Source of the DNA: Pseudomonadales bacterium
Lineage (GTDB): Bacteria > Pseudomonadota > Gammaproteobacteria > Pseudomonadales > UBA7434
Direction: 5' to 3'
NCBI GenBank assembly: GCA_965659815.1
Contig: CBFHXO010000006.1
Span: forward strand, 1-56,954
DNA: 56,954 bases
In this document: piece after piece, positions 1-10,319 of the stretch
Position numbering within the stretch: the first letter of the stretch is position 1
Layout of the letters: each line of letters opens with the position of its first letter
Program-made: the position numbers and the translations under genes
The notes under the pieces: model-generated
Databases searched by the model: none
Seen by the model: only the letters and a program-made list of their open reading frames with translations
Told to the model about the DNA's origin: nothing

Positions 1-683
1 ACCACCAGCAGTAAGTCGCATTTTGCGGCCAGCTGGCGCACTGCGTCCTGGCGATTTTGCGTAGCGTAGCAAATATCGTCTTTTTTCGGCCCACGAATGG
101 CCGGAAATTTTGCCCGCAGTGCATCAATTACCTTCGCAGTGTCATCCATCGACAAGGTAGTTTGCGTCACATAAAACAGCGCCTCAGGATCGCGCACCTG
201 CAGCTGTGCCACATCCTGCTCTGTCTCAATCAAATAAATATCGCCACCACATCTGGTGTCGTACTGCCCCATAGTACCCTCGACTTCGGGATGTCCTTGA
301 TGGCCTATCAGTACGCATTCCTGGCCATCGCGACTATGCCGCACGACTTCCATATGCACCTTGGTTACCAGCGGGCATGTAGCATCAAAAATCTTTAAGC
401 CACGTTGTTGTGCTTGCGCCCTCACCGCTTGTGATACACCGTGGGCACTAAAAATAACAATGACATTGTCGGGCACTTCATCAAGCTCATCGACAAAAAC
501 CGCACCGCGCTCGCGTAAACTCTCCACCACAAATTTATTGTGTACAACCTCATGCCGCACATAAATAGGCGCACCAAACACATCGAGTGCACGGTTAACA
601 ATATCAATGGCACGGTCGACACCGGCGCAAAATCCCCGTGGGTTGGCTAACATCAGTTGGGCAGATAATACGGGTTCGGTCAC
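1..683 (-). CDS. ispH: 4-hydroxy-3-methylbut-2-enyl diphosphate reductase, 3' end runs off the window
   Basis: Read by hand on the minus strand from GTG at 683: [29 protein letters not shown]...HEVVHN...[11 protein letters not shown]. Usual position after fkpB. Not in the ORF track because it is truncated. Confidence 0.96.
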   Translation of the reverse strand, partial: MTEPVLSAQLMLANPRGFCAGVDRAIDIVNRALDVFGAPIYVRHEVVHNKFVVESLRERGAVFVDELDEVPDNVIVIFSAHGVSQAVRAQAQQRGLKIFDATCPLVTKVHMEVVRHSRDGQECVLIGHQGHPEVEGTMGQYDTRCGGDIYLIETEQDVAQLQVRDPEALFYVTQTTLSMDDTAKVIDALRAKFPAIRGPKKDDICYATQNRQDAVRQLAAKCDLLLV

Positions 684-703
684 GCGTTTTCACCTTGCTA
701 TTT

Positions 704-1198
704 TTACTTTGCTGTCTTTACCTTAACGATATGCACATCAAATATAATATCTTTACCCGCCAGCGGGTGATTGAAGTTGACATAGACATCATCTGACTCA
801 ATGCGATCAATCACGCCCGCCAACTCGCCATTGGCCGCATCGGCAAAGCTTAACACCAAACCGGGTACCAGCGGGTCGGAGGTATGACTATTACTTTCAG
901 CCTGCACCTGGGGCGTTAGCGACGCCGCTAGCGGCTCGAGATCACGACGTTTAAAGCACTGGATATTATCTTCATTCGGCTCGCCAAACGCCGCCGCTGC
1001 AGGAATTGTGTAACTGGCCTTTTGCCCTGCCTGCATACCTATGAGCGGCTGTTCAAAGCCGGACAAAAGGCTGCCATCGCCCATTGTAAAGGTTGCCGCC
1101 GCTGCATCAAAATTTGAATCGATTAACTGGCCGCTAACCAGCTTTAACGAAAAATGCAGCGTCACTTCACTGGCCGTGTTTATTTTAACTTCTGACAT
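704..1198 (-). CDS. fkpB: FKBP-type peptidyl-prolyl isomerase (SlpA/FkpB)
   Basis: VTLHFSLKL...GFEQPLIGM...AFG...VNFNHPLAGKDIIFDVHI; lies between lspA and ispH. Confidence 0.92.
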   Translation of the reverse strand: MSEVKINTASEVTLHFSLKLVSGQLIDSNFDAAAATFTMGDGSLLSGFEQPLIGMQAGQKASYTIPAAAAFGEPNEDNIQCFKRRDLEPLAASLTPQVQAESNSHTSDPLVPGLVLSFADAANGELAGVIDRIESDDVYVNFNHPLAGKDIIFDVHIVKVKTAK

Positions 1199-1243
1199 TT
1201 TTAACTTCTAACATTTTTAACTTCAGATATTTTTAACGCTCAA
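1182..1243. repeat. Four degenerate 16-bp tandem repeats (ATTTTTAACTTCwrAy) covering the fkpB start
   Basis: attttaacttctgac / atttttaacttctaac / atttttaacttcagat / atttttaacgctcaa. Confidence 0.85.
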
Positions 1244-1248
1244 ATAGG

Positions 1249-1749
1249 TTAACGTCCATCGGCATCGGGCTGATTAATAAATATATCGGCAATCATTAGC
1301 ATTGCTCCCAGCGTAATCGCGCTATCGGCAACGTTAAACGCAGGGAAATACCAATCGTTATAGTAAAACAGCACAAAGTCGACCACCTTACCTAACATCA
1401 CCCGATCAATCAGATTGCCTACAGCACCTGCCAAAATCAATGTTAGCGCCGCCATAAGTAATGCCTGACCGCGCTCCAGCCGATAGATCCAGACAACTAA
1501 CACAACACTGACCACCGATGAGATACCGGTAAACAACCAGCGCTGCCAGCCGCCTGCATCGCTTAAAAAACTCCAGGCCGCGCCCTCGTTATAAACCAGC
1601 GTAAAATCCAGAATCGCCAGCAAATTCACCCGTTGGCCTTCAAAAAATTGCGCCTGCACCCAGTACTTACTCAGCTGGTCGAGCACAATAATCGCCATTA
1701 CCAAGCCATACCAAAACCAGAGCCGAGGTTTTTCTGCGCCGTTAATCAT
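1249..1749 (-). CDS. lspA: Lipoprotein signal peptidase II
   Basis: DQLSK, NEGAAWS, GNLIDR, VVDF and FNVADSAI motifs; overlaps the ileS stop by 1 nt. Confidence 0.97.
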   Translation of the reverse strand: MINGAEKPRLWFWYGLVMAIIVLDQLSKYWVQAQFFEGQRVNLLAILDFTLVYNEGAAWSFLSDAGGWQRWLFTGISSVVSVVLVVWIYRLERGQALLMAALTLILAGAVGNLIDRVMLGKVVDFVLFYYNDWYFPAFNVADSAITLGAMLMIADIFINQPDADGR

Positions 1750-4589
1750 TAAGCGTATTTCCTGATTTCGCCATTGCCATCGACATTATCGACGCAGCGC
1801 TGGCAAAGTTGCTCGTGCCCTTCAATACTGCCAACCTCAGCACGGTAGTGCCAGCAGCGGACACATTTACTATGGTCGCTTTTTCTCACCACCAGTTTGA
1901 GCGAAGGCAACTCAGTCGCTAGCGCTGCCTCCGGTGCTTCTGCATCGCTTACCACTACCGCCGACGCAATTAATACGAAGCGCAATTCGTCCTCGATCAC
2001 CCGCAACTGCTGTGCCAGCTCATTACTGGCGTAGATTTCGATTTCTGCCTCCAGCGATGCGCCAATGACGCCTGCCGCACGCTGGCTTTCCAGCGCTTTG
2101 TTCACCGCTTCTTTAACCGAACAAAGCGTCTCCATAAGTTCGACTTCGCCAGCCGCCTGATCTAACAAGTTCACTACGCCATCATAGACTTCTTCAACAA
2201 AGATATTGTCGCTGCGTTTACCAGGGATAAACTCGTTCAGCTCATCGGCGGTAAAACTCAGTATTGGCGCGATCCAGCGCGTAAACGCTTCGACAATATG
2301 GTAAAGCGCGGTTTGTGCAGAGCGTCTGGCCACGCTGTCAGCCTGAGTGGTGTACTGACGATCTTTAATAATATCCAAATAAATACTGCCCATATCAACC
2401 ACACAGAAATTATGCAGCTTTTGATAAATGGCATGAAACTGATAGTTGTTGTAGTCGGCAAGAATTTCCTGCTGTAACTGCGCAGCGCGACTAATTGCCC
2501 AGCGGTCTAATAGCAATAGCTGGTCGTTGGCAAGCAAATGCTGGTCGGGGTCAAAGCCTTCAAGATTCGATAGTAAAAAGCGCGCGGTATTGCGAATGCG
2601 CCGATAAGAGTCGGATACCCGCTTGAGAATTTCGTTAGAGACACTCATTTCGCCGCTAAAATCGGTGGCTGCCACCCATAAGCGCAGCACATCAGCACCG
2701 AGCTCGTTCATCACCTCCTGCGGCGCGACAATATTGCCCAACGACTTGGACATTTTTTTGCCTTCGGCATCAACAGTAAAGCCGTGGGTCAATACCGCTT
2801 TATAAGGTGCACTGTTGTTCATCGCCAACGCGGTTTTTAACGACGACTGAAACCAGCCGCGATGTTGGTCGGAGCCTTCTAAATACAAGTCAGCTGGATA
2901 ATGCAGGCCCGATGTATTTTCTAATACAGAGTAATGCGTCACGCCAGAGTCAAACCAAACGTCCAGCGTATCGGTAACCTTACTGTAATCATCGGCTTCG
3001 GCGCCCAGCAAATCAGCGGGGTCAAGATCAAACCAGGCATCAATACCCGATTGCTCAATACGCTGCGCCACCTGCTCAATTAACGCAACGGTATTGGGGT
3101 GTAGCTCCTGCGTCACCTTGTGAACAAATAAAGTAATCGGCACGCCCCAGGTGCGCTGACGCGAAATACACCAGTCGGGGCTGCTGGCCAACATGCCATC
3201 GATACGCGCCCGGCCCCAATCGGGAATCCACTGCACGCCATCAACAGCCTGCTTGGCCGCATCCAATAAGCCGCGCTCTTGCATACCAATAAACCACTGC
3301 GGCGTAGCGCGATAAATTAATGGCGTTTTGGTACGCCAGCAATGCGCATAACTGTGACGAATTTTTTCTTCGGCGCACAATACCTTTTGCTCAATTAATA
3401 GCGCGATAATATTCTCATCGACTTTATAAACATGCTGTCCAGAAAAAATAGCCGTATTCTCATTAAACACCCCGTTATCACCAATTAGGTTGAGCGTTTC
3501 GATACCGTATTTTTTGGCGGCAACAAAATCTTCAACGCCGTGATCTGGCGCGGTATGCACACAGCCTGTACCCGCTTCTGTTGTGACATGGTCACCAAGA
3601 ATCACCGGCACCTGTTTTGGGTAAAACGGATGTTGTAAAGACAGTTTTTCAATAGCCTCACCTTTAAAGCGCGCAACAATTTTATGCTCGCCCGCCTGGT
3701 AGCGCGCTAATGCCATTTCCAGTAATGCATGCGCCAAAATCAACCGCCGCTTACCTGCGCCCATTGACGGTACTTCACATTCCACCACAACATAATCAAG
3801 CTTTGGATGAACGCAAACCGCTTGGTTGGATGGCAAGGTCCAGGGCGTTGTGGTCCAAATCACCACATTCACCTCACCTTCACCCCCAAGGCCGCCAATC
3901 GCGTTAGTCAGTTGCGCCTCATCGGCAACTGCAAAGGCAACATCGATCGAGAACGAGTCTTTATCCTGATATTCCACTTCTGCTTCGGCTAATGCTGAGC
4001 CACCCACAACGCTCCAGTACACCGGCTTGAAGCCGCGAACCAGATGACCGTTGTCAACGATTTTACCCAGCGCCCTAACGATATTGGCCTCGGTCTGGTA
4101 GTTCATTGTCAGGTAAGGATTATCCCAATCACCTAGTACACCCAGCCGAACAAAACCTTTGCGCTGGCCATCGACCTGCTTGGCCGCATATTCGCGACAC
4201 TTTTTTCTAAACGTTTTGTGGTCGACCTTGGTGCCGGCTTTGCCGACTTTGGTTTCAACCTTGTGCTCTATGGGTAAACCATGACAGTCCCAGCCTGGCA
4301 CATAAGGTGCATCAAAGCCCTGCAATGTTTTCGACTTAACAATAATATCTTTAAGAATTTTATTAACCGAGTGGCCAATATGAATATCACCGTTGGCGTA
4401 GGGAGGGCCATCGTGCAATATAAAAGTCTCACGCCCAGCAAATTTCTGTCTTATCTGCCCATACACGTCGGCCTGTTGCCAGGCTTTTAAGCGCTGTGGT
4501 TCGCGCTGCGCCAAATTGGCTTTCATGGGAAAACCGGTTTTCGGCAAATTCAACGTATGTTTATACTGGTTTTTTGCGTCTTCACTCAT
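1749..4589 (-). CDS. ileS: Isoleucine--tRNA ligase (type 1)
   Basis: [33 protein letters not shown], and C-terminal Zn site CVRCWH...CQRC. Confidence 0.99.
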   Translation of the reverse strand: MSEDAKNQYKHTLNLPKTGFPMKANLAQREPQRLKAWQQADVYGQIRQKFAGRETFILHDGPPYANGDIHIGHSVNKILKDIIVKSKTLQGFDAPYVPGWDCHGLPIEHKVETKVGKAGTKVDHKTFRKKCREYAAKQVDGQRKGFVRLGVLGDWDNPYLTMNYQTEANIVRALGKIVDNGHLVRGFKPVYWSVVGGSALAEAEVEYQDKDSFSIDVAFAVADEAQLTNAIGGLGGEGEVNVVIWTTTPWTLPSNQAVCVHPKLDYVVVECEVPSMGAGKRRLILAHALLEMALARYQAGEHKIVARFKGEAIEKLSLQHPFYPKQVPVILGDHVTTEAGTGCVHTAPDHGVEDFVAAKKYGIETLNLIGDNGVFNENTAIFSGQHVYKVDENIIALLIEQKVLCAEEKIRHSYAHCWRTKTPLIYRATPQWFIGMQERGLLDAAKQAVDGVQWIPDWGRARIDGMLASSPDWCISRQRTWGVPITLFVHKVTQELHPNTVALIEQVAQRIEQSGIDAWFDLDPADLLGAEADDYSKVTDTLDVWFDSGVTHYSVLENTSGLHYPADLYLEGSDQHRGWFQSSLKTALAMNNSAPYKAVLTHGFTVDAEGKKMSKSLGNIVAPQEVMNELGADVLRLWVAATDFSGEMSVSNEILKRVSDSYRRIRNTARFLLSNLEGFDPDQHLLANDQLLLLDRWAISRAAQLQQEILADYNNYQFHAIYQKLHNFCVVDMGSIYLDIIKDRQYTTQADSVARRSAQTALYHIVEAFTRWIAPILSFTADELNEFIPGKRSDNIFVEEVYDGVVNLLDQAAGEVELMETLCSVKEAVNKALESQRAAGVIGASLEAEIEIYASNELAQQLRVIEDELRFVLIASAVVVSDAEAPEAALATELPSLKLVVRKSDHSKCVRCWHYRAEVGSIEGHEQLCQRCVDNVDGNGEIRKYA

Positions 4590-4651
4590 AAATTACTAAT
4601 ACTACCCTGGTAATAAAACTGATTTTTAACACCTAAACTCGCCAAAAAGAA

Positions 4652-5674
4652 CTACGCCATAAAGTAGCGCCTGGCGGTATCGATATCGCTATGGATTTGC
4701 GTTTTTAATAAATCCAGCGAATCAAATTTTTGCTCTTCACGAATTTTATTGCGAAACCGCACAGTAATTCGCTTACCATAAAGATCAGCGCTAAAATCCA
4801 ACAGGTGGACTTCGAGTATCGCTTTAATTGATTCATTAACCGTTGGTCGACAGCCGACGTTTGCAACAGCAGGCAGCCAGTCCTGTTCACCTACCGCTAA
4901 CTCATGCCCATTATCAATTTGCACTTGTACCGCATACACACCCGACATCGCGGTTCTTAACCGGTGTAGCTCAACATTGGCGGTGGGCGCATCCAGTGTG
5001 CGACCTAGCTGCTGACCATAAACCACTTTACCCGAAATACTGTAGGGCCTGCCAAGCAAAGCCTCTGCACCAGCAAAATCGCCAGCCTCAAGCAATTGCC
5101 TTATGCGAGTACTGGATACGCGGGTATCATCCAGCGCCAGTGTCGCGGTATCTTCGACTAAAAAATTGTGCTTGCGCGCCAGTGCTTCGAGCAAGGCAAA
5201 ATCGCCACTGCCGTCGCGACCAAAACGCAAATCATCGCCAACAACAATATGGCGCGCGCACAGTCGCTCAACAAAAACCTGCTCAATAAATTCAACCGCT
5301 TCCATATTGCGCATGGCATCGTTAAAACGCACCACCAGCACCCAGTCAATACCCAGCTCGGCCAGCCCTTCGAATTTCTCACGAAAACTCATTAACCGCG
5401 GCGGCGCATCCAGTGGTGAAAAATACTCGCGCGGCAATGGCTCAAGCGTGACCACAACCGATGGCATTCCGGTTTCACGCGACCGCCGACACAAATGATT
5501 CAGCACCGCCTGATGTCCACGGTGTAATCCATCAAAGGCGCCAATCGTGAGCACCGTGCCTTCACTGCCCGAATTTTCGCTGCCGGGCACAGCTAACCCA
5601 TCGGGGCCGCCCGTTTCAGGAAAAGCACGGCGATGCCGCTCTTTTAGATTGTGAATGCCGCGAATCAGCTCCAC
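4652..5674 (-). CDS. ribF: Bifunctional riboflavin kinase / FAD synthetase
   Basis: TIGAFDGLHRGH, VSSTRIR, GRTL..PTAN, EVHLLDF..DLYG; directly upstream of ileS. Confidence 0.97.
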   Translation of the reverse strand: MELIRGIHNLKERHRRAFPETGGPDGLAVPGSENSGSEGTVLTIGAFDGLHRGHQAVLNHLCRRSRETGMPSVVVTLEPLPREYFSPLDAPPRLMSFREKFEGLAELGIDWVLVVRFNDAMRNMEAVEFIEQVFVERLCARHIVVGDDLRFGRDGSGDFALLEALARKHNFLVEDTATLALDDTRVSSTRIRQLLEAGDFAGAEALLGRPYSISGKVVYGQQLGRTLDAPTANVELHRLRTAMSGVYAVQVQIDNGHELAVGEQDWLPAVANVGCRPTVNESIKAILEVHLLDFSADLYGKRITVRFRNKIREEQKFDSLDLLKTQIHSDIDTARRYFMA

Positions 5675-5817
5675 CCATCACCCCGGTTATCTATGCTAAC
5701 AGTTGTGCTCGGGCAACAGCCTACATTCGCAAACGGCGCCAACGAACCAAAACCGTAGATTATAACCATACTGACGGCTTAAAATCGCGCACCGGGTTTA
5801 GGAAGGACTACCGACTT

Positions 5818-7500
5818 CTAGGTGACCTGAGGTGAACGAAACTGCGCTGGCCGGGCACCGACCAGCAACAGACAGAATAAGTAGGTCAACAAACCGGCCA
5901 CGCACAAGCCAGACACTGTCCACAGGCGCTGCAGCCAGTCGGCCGTAGGCCAAAATTCAGGCTCGGGCTGCAAAACTAGTAATACAACAACCATTATCGC
6001 GACCGAGATCAGCACCCTGAGCAATAACTGCCAAAATTCAGGGCTCAACAGTTGCGCCGAGCCTGACCCGTTTCGCAGCGCATCGCTGCTGGCCAGCCCT
6101 TTAAATAGCAACAGCGCATTAATATAGGCGGACACAGCGGTGGCCAGCGCTAGGCCAACATGACCCACCTGGTAGTAGTAATGCAATAGTCCGACAAACA
6201 GCAGATTTAAGCCCATATTTGACACCATGGCGATAATGCCGATTTTGACCGGTGTTTTCATATCCTGCTGAGCGTAAAAGCCGGTTGCCAGCACCTTAAT
6301 TGCCATAAACGCCAGCAACCCCAGCGCGTAGGCCCAGAGACTCGCTGTCGCCATAACAACATCGTTAGGCGTCATGGCCTGGTATTGAAACAATGTGTAC
6401 AAAATGGGGCCTGCCAAAACAATCAGCGCGGCGGTGGCCGGTAGTGCAACCGCAATGATGCAACGCAAAGCCCAGTCGAGTGTCAACTTAAAATAACGTG
6501 CGCCAGCCTGGGCTTCATTAGCGGCCAGGTTTTGAAGCTGCAGTCGAGAAAGCCCGGGTAAAATCACGGTTGCAATAGCAATACCAAATACCCCTAACGG
6601 CAACTCTGCCAAACGATCGGAGTAATAGAGCCAGGATACGCTGCCGGTTGGCAGAAACGATGCCAGTACGGTATCGAGCAGTAGATTGATTTGACTCACA
6701 GATACGCCAAAAATGGCGGGCAACATTAGCACCAGGATTTTTTTGACGCCCGGGTGCTGCAAATCCCATTTTGGTACCGGCATGCGATCGATGCGCGCTA
6801 AAAATGGCAACTGAAACAACCACTGTAATACGCCTGCAAATAAAACAGCCCAGGCCAATGCGTAGACCGGCTGTTCAAAAAATGGTGTCGCAAACAGGGC
6901 AAACCCGATTAGCGACAAGTTTAATAAAACCGGTGTAAACGCAGGCACTACAAAGCGGTCGTAGCTATTTAAAATTGCACCGGCAAAACCGGTGAGTGAA
7001 ATCAATAATAAATACGGAAACGTGATACGCAACATTTGCTGCGTCAACGCGAATTTATCAGGTTGGTTAATAAACCCCGGCGCAAACAGCATGGTGACCA
7101 AGGGTGCGGCTATAACAACCAGCGTCACTAACAGTATTAGCGTGCCTCCCAAAACGCCGCAGACAGCGTTAATTAACCCTTTGATCGCTGCGACCTGGCC
7201 CTCGGCTTCATACTGCTTGCGATACTCCGAAAGCACCGGTACAAATGCCTGCGCAAATGCACCTTCAGCAAACAAGCGGCGAAGAAACTGAGGGATTTTA
7301 AAAGCGATAAAAAAAGCATCGGCGTTACCAGTAGCACCAACCATACGGGCAATCACAATATCCCGCGCCAGGCCCATCACCCGCGACAGCATGGTCATTG
7401 CGCTAACCCAAATACTGGAGTTAAGCAGACTGGGCGAACGCCGGGGCTCGTGTGCCGACGATGTTATCGACAATGGCTTTTCGGTGGCGGGATCAGGCAA
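5818..7500 (-). CDS. murJ: Lipid II flippase MurJ (MviN)
   Basis: TMLSRVMGLARD, ADAFFIAFKIP..LRRLFAEGAF, YYSDRL.ELPLG; many TM segments. Start codon uncertain. Confidence 0.96.
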   Translation of the reverse strand: MPDPATEKPLSITSSAHEPRRSPSLLNSSIWVSAMTMLSRVMGLARDIVIARMVGATGNADAFFIAFKIPQFLRRLFAEGAFAQAFVPVLSEYRKQYEAEGQVAAIKGLINAVCGVLGGTLILLVTLVVIAAPLVTMLFAPGFINQPDKFALTQQMLRITFPYLLLISLTGFAGAILNSYDRFVVPAFTPVLLNLSLIGFALFATPFFEQPVYALAWAVLFAGVLQWLFQLPFLARIDRMPVPKWDLQHPGVKKILVLMLPAIFGVSVSQINLLLDTVLASFLPTGSVSWLYYSDRLAELPLGVFGIAIATVILPGLSRLQLQNLAANEAQAGARYFKLTLDWALRCIIAVALPATAALIVLAGPILYTLFQYQAMTPNDVVMATASLWAYALGLLAFMAIKVLATGFYAQQDMKTPVKIGIIAMVSNMGLNLLFVGLLHYYYQVGHVGLALATAVSAYINALLLFKGLASSDALRNGSGSAQLLSPEFWQLLLRVLISVAIMVVVLLVLQPEPEFWPTADWLQRLWTVSGLCVAGLLTYLFCLLLVGARPAQFRSPQVT

Positions 7501-7529
7501 AGTTATGGCTCATTTGCTGGTGGGCGCCG

Positions 7530-8546
7530 CTACTGGAACCTGCTGCCGGTATACCAACGCACCGACTGCGCACTGTCATCAACCTTTTCAACCACATTTA
7601 ACACAAGTGCAAATAGTGACATTCTCAGCACCACACCATTATCCGTTTGGCGGAAGATGGCCAGATTGGGGTTTTCGTTAAGGTCGCTGTCAAGCTCATT
7701 GGCCTCGGCGCGGGAGTCGCGTGGCAGCGGATGCATAATCACAGTATTTGGCTCGCAGTTTTGTGTATAGACACTCTGGTTCAAGCGGAATTTGCCCCGA
7801 TACATATCGGCCTCTTCCTGCGAGCCAAACCGCTCCTCCTGGATACGCGTAGAGTAGACGATATCGACATGGGCAATACTAGCTTCGAGGTTATCGGATA
7901 CGGTGACCTGGTGACCTGCCATACGCAACATCTCAACCAGCTCGCCGGGCATTTGCAGTGCTTTCGGCGAAACCAGATATAATTCAATATTGCTGTAACG
8001 ACATAGCAGCTTGGCTAATGAGTGAACCGTGCGGCCAAAACGTAAATCGCCAATCATGCCAATGCGCAGACCATCGAGATCACGCCCTTTGGCGGCAAGT
8101 TCTTTTTGAATGGTGTAGAGGTCGAGCAATGCCTGAGTAGGATGTTCGTTGGCGCCATCACCGCCATTAATCACCGGAACGCGACTGGCAGACGCGAATT
8201 CGCTCACTGAGCCGGCCTCGGGATGACGCATGGCAATCACATCGCTGTAGCCACTTAATACCCGTGCGGTATCGTACAGTGACTCGCCCTTTGCCAGTGC
8301 TGAATTCTCAAAACCAGTGGTTTCGCGCACCTCACCGCCCAGTAGGTTAAATGCACAACCAAAACTCACCCGGGTCCGGGTGCTGGGCTCGAAGAACATA
8401 TTGCCTAAAATGGCGCCATCGAGCACTTTGGTCACACGGTGCCGCTTGGCGTAAGGCTCCATTTTCTGGGCAACTGCAAAAATGCGGTCAATATCTGCCC
8501 GCTCAAATTGGTCTATGGACAGGATATGACTGCCGATAAAATCCAT
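7530..8546 (-). CDS. pyrB: Aspartate carbamoyltransferase catalytic subunit
   Basis: FFEPSTRTR.SF, KGESL.DT, HPTQALLD, GDL.FGRTVHSL, TRIQ.ER, HPLPR. ATG at 8546 has GGAG 8 nt upstream. Confidence 0.92.
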   Translation of the reverse strand: MDFIGSHILSIDQFERADIDRIFAVAQKMEPYAKRHRVTKVLDGAILGNMFFEPSTRTRVSFGCAFNLLGGEVRETTGFENSALAKGESLYDTARVLSGYSDVIAMRHPEAGSVSEFASASRVPVINGGDGANEHPTQALLDLYTIQKELAAKGRDLDGLRIGMIGDLRFGRTVHSLAKLLCRYSNIELYLVSPKALQMPGELVEMLRMAGHQVTVSDNLEASIAHVDIVYSTRIQEERFGSQEEADMYRGKFRLNQSVYTQNCEPNTVIMHPLPRDSRAEANELDSDLNENPNLAIFRQTDNGVVLRMSLFALVLNVVEKVDDSAQSVRWYTGSRFQ

Positions 8547-8746
8547 CCAACTCACTCCACCCGTTTATTAGTATGGCCGCCGGTAACACGAATCATGGGC
8601 CAGTCTAAACCGCCATAGATTGAACGCCAATACTTCGGCTACGCGACTGTCATTATTCCCCAATAGAGTAGGTTAGCCGTGCGAGTGTAACAAGTATAAG
8701 GAATGGCCAGCACTTAAAGCGCGCTGAAGCAGTGCCAAAACAACCG

Positions 8747-9151
8747 CTATTTAACTTTTTTGATATCGCGGTGGGCGTTTAAATACACGTACTGCACCAG
8801 TGTAGCAATATGCGTGGCAGGGCCCAGATCATCCGGGGCGTCAAGCGCTACCAAACCGCAACGGGCGGAAATGGCCGACCAAAGTGCCTGTTTTTGTTCT
8901 TCGCCAGGTTGGCCGGCGCGCGGGTACCAGGAGTTTAAGCGCAGTTCACGGCAGTAAAAAAAATTTGACAGCTCAGCACCATGGGGGCTTTTGCGAAATC
9001 GCTCGACTTCACCGCAGTGAAGCTGACCGCCGTCACTGCCGGTGTGCTCATGCAGTATATCGAGTATGTGTTTCTGTACAGTGCGAGTTTGTTCATCAAT
9101 AAACATGGCAATGTCCTTTAAAAGCCGGTTCCTGCTCAACCAATTTAGCAA
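8747..9151 (-). CDS. Hypothetical protein, 134 aa (weak acyl-carrier-protein-like pattern)
   Basis: Longest ORF in the interval, ATG start, protein-like composition, same strand as its neighbours. Confidence 0.65.
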   Translation of the reverse strand: MLNWLSRNRLLKDIAMFIDEQTRTVQKHILDILHEHTGSDGGQLHCGEVERFRKSPHGAELSNFFYCRELRLNSWYPRAGQPGEEQKQALWSAISARCGLVALDAPDDLGPATHIATLVQYVYLNAHRDIKKVK

Positions 9152-9503
9152 TTAATCGAGTGTACGCGTAGCGCTTGCGTAAGTAGTTTTGGTCACACTT
9201 TTCAAGTATAAAACGGCTGTCGTAAATCTATACGCTCTCAAAACGCCAGGCTATTTACATGGCGCTATTGATGGCGCTATCGCTGACGGCATTCATAACA
9301 ATATTGCGGGCAATAGAGAGGTTATGCGCTACCAATAATTCGACAGCTTGCTATGGGGAGCGGAAACTAAAGTATTCGTTTTGCTAACACAAGTACCCCA
9401 TTCGTAAAACGGTACAAAATTGACTGAATCAAGGGCAACTATTTTTATCTATCGCAGCCGAGTTTATTCAGCTCAGTCGCTTTTTGTCATTGGGTCGCAG
9501 GTG

Positions 9504-10013
9504 CTAGGCCACAGTAATCAACGTCGGTGTGTCACTACTGATATCCAACAACAATGTAGACTGCGGCTGGGTCACCGTTTTTGATATCAACCATTGACCG
9601 TCAATCTCACGATATTCATCTTGGTAAATCAAACCGAGCTGGGTCAAGGTTTTGTCACGAGTGTTGATCAACTGGTAGCATAGCTCCCAGCTCCCGGTGG
9701 CCAGCCCCGTCTGTTCGGGATCGAGTTGAATTACGGGGTTATGGCCATGATGCATCTCTAACATATGTGGATGACAGCCCACCTCCGAAAATAAACTAAC
9801 TAGCTGATCGCGATGGCTGAACTGGCCAACCGGGCCGTAATCGATATGCACTTCACCATCGACAAAACACTGCCGCATCAGCTCGGGTTTCTTGCTATCA
9901 CAGGCCATAAAATAGCGGGCTTTGAGCGTTTTAATCCGGTCAATCGCCTCCAGTATCTGCAGGCGCTGCTCTAGCCCTGCCAGCCTTTGTTCGAAAATTG
10001 CCTGATCGGTCAT
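9504..10013 (-). CDS. NTF2/SnoaL-like protein (BaiE/LinA/scytalone dehydratase-like)
   Basis: LEQRL..LEAIDRIKTLKARYF.ACD.K...MHHGHNPVI...ATGSW...Y.DEYREIDGQWLI. ATG at 10013 follows GGGAG. Confidence 0.85.
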   Translation of the reverse strand: MTDQAIFEQRLAGLEQRLQILEAIDRIKTLKARYFMACDSKKPELMRQCFVDGEVHIDYGPVGQFSHRDQLVSLFSEVGCHPHMLEMHHGHNPVIQLDPEQTGLATGSWELCYQLINTRDKTLTQLGLIYQDEYREIDGQWLISKTVTQPQSTLLLDISSDTPTLITVA

Positions 10014-10319
10014 ACTGACTCCCATGGTTGCTGATTGTATCTGTTCAGCCATTGTCGCTGAGGCTGCTTAGCCCTACAATTTACGGCTGATGAAATACGG
10101 GTTATTGCCCCGGATATCACACGGTAACCGGACTATACGTGCGAGAGCAGGGCTTACTATTTGCTTACCGTTAAGCGACGGTAAGCTTAAACCGAGCATG
10201 CGGCATGGCTTCGCAAACAGCCGAATCATCATAATATAAGCAGTATCGCTGTATAAGTAGCATCTGGTAATAATAAGTATCACGTAATAAAAAGTATTGA
10301 GTCTTGAAGAGAAACCATT

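Noticed and set aside
57-622. Three short ORFs listed at the window start
   Set aside because: All overlap the real but truncated ispH frame on the minus strand.
1182-1243. Short repeat arrays (also 29416-29460 and 39400-39471) as CRISPR or iterons
   Set aside because: Units are adjacent with no spacers, are too short, and there are no cas or rep genes.
9152-9503. Possible sRNA (GGA motifs near 9355 and a hairpin plus T run at about 9454-9486)
   Set aside because: Too few GGA loops for a Csr/Rsm RNA and the stem has mismatches; not supportable from sequence alone.
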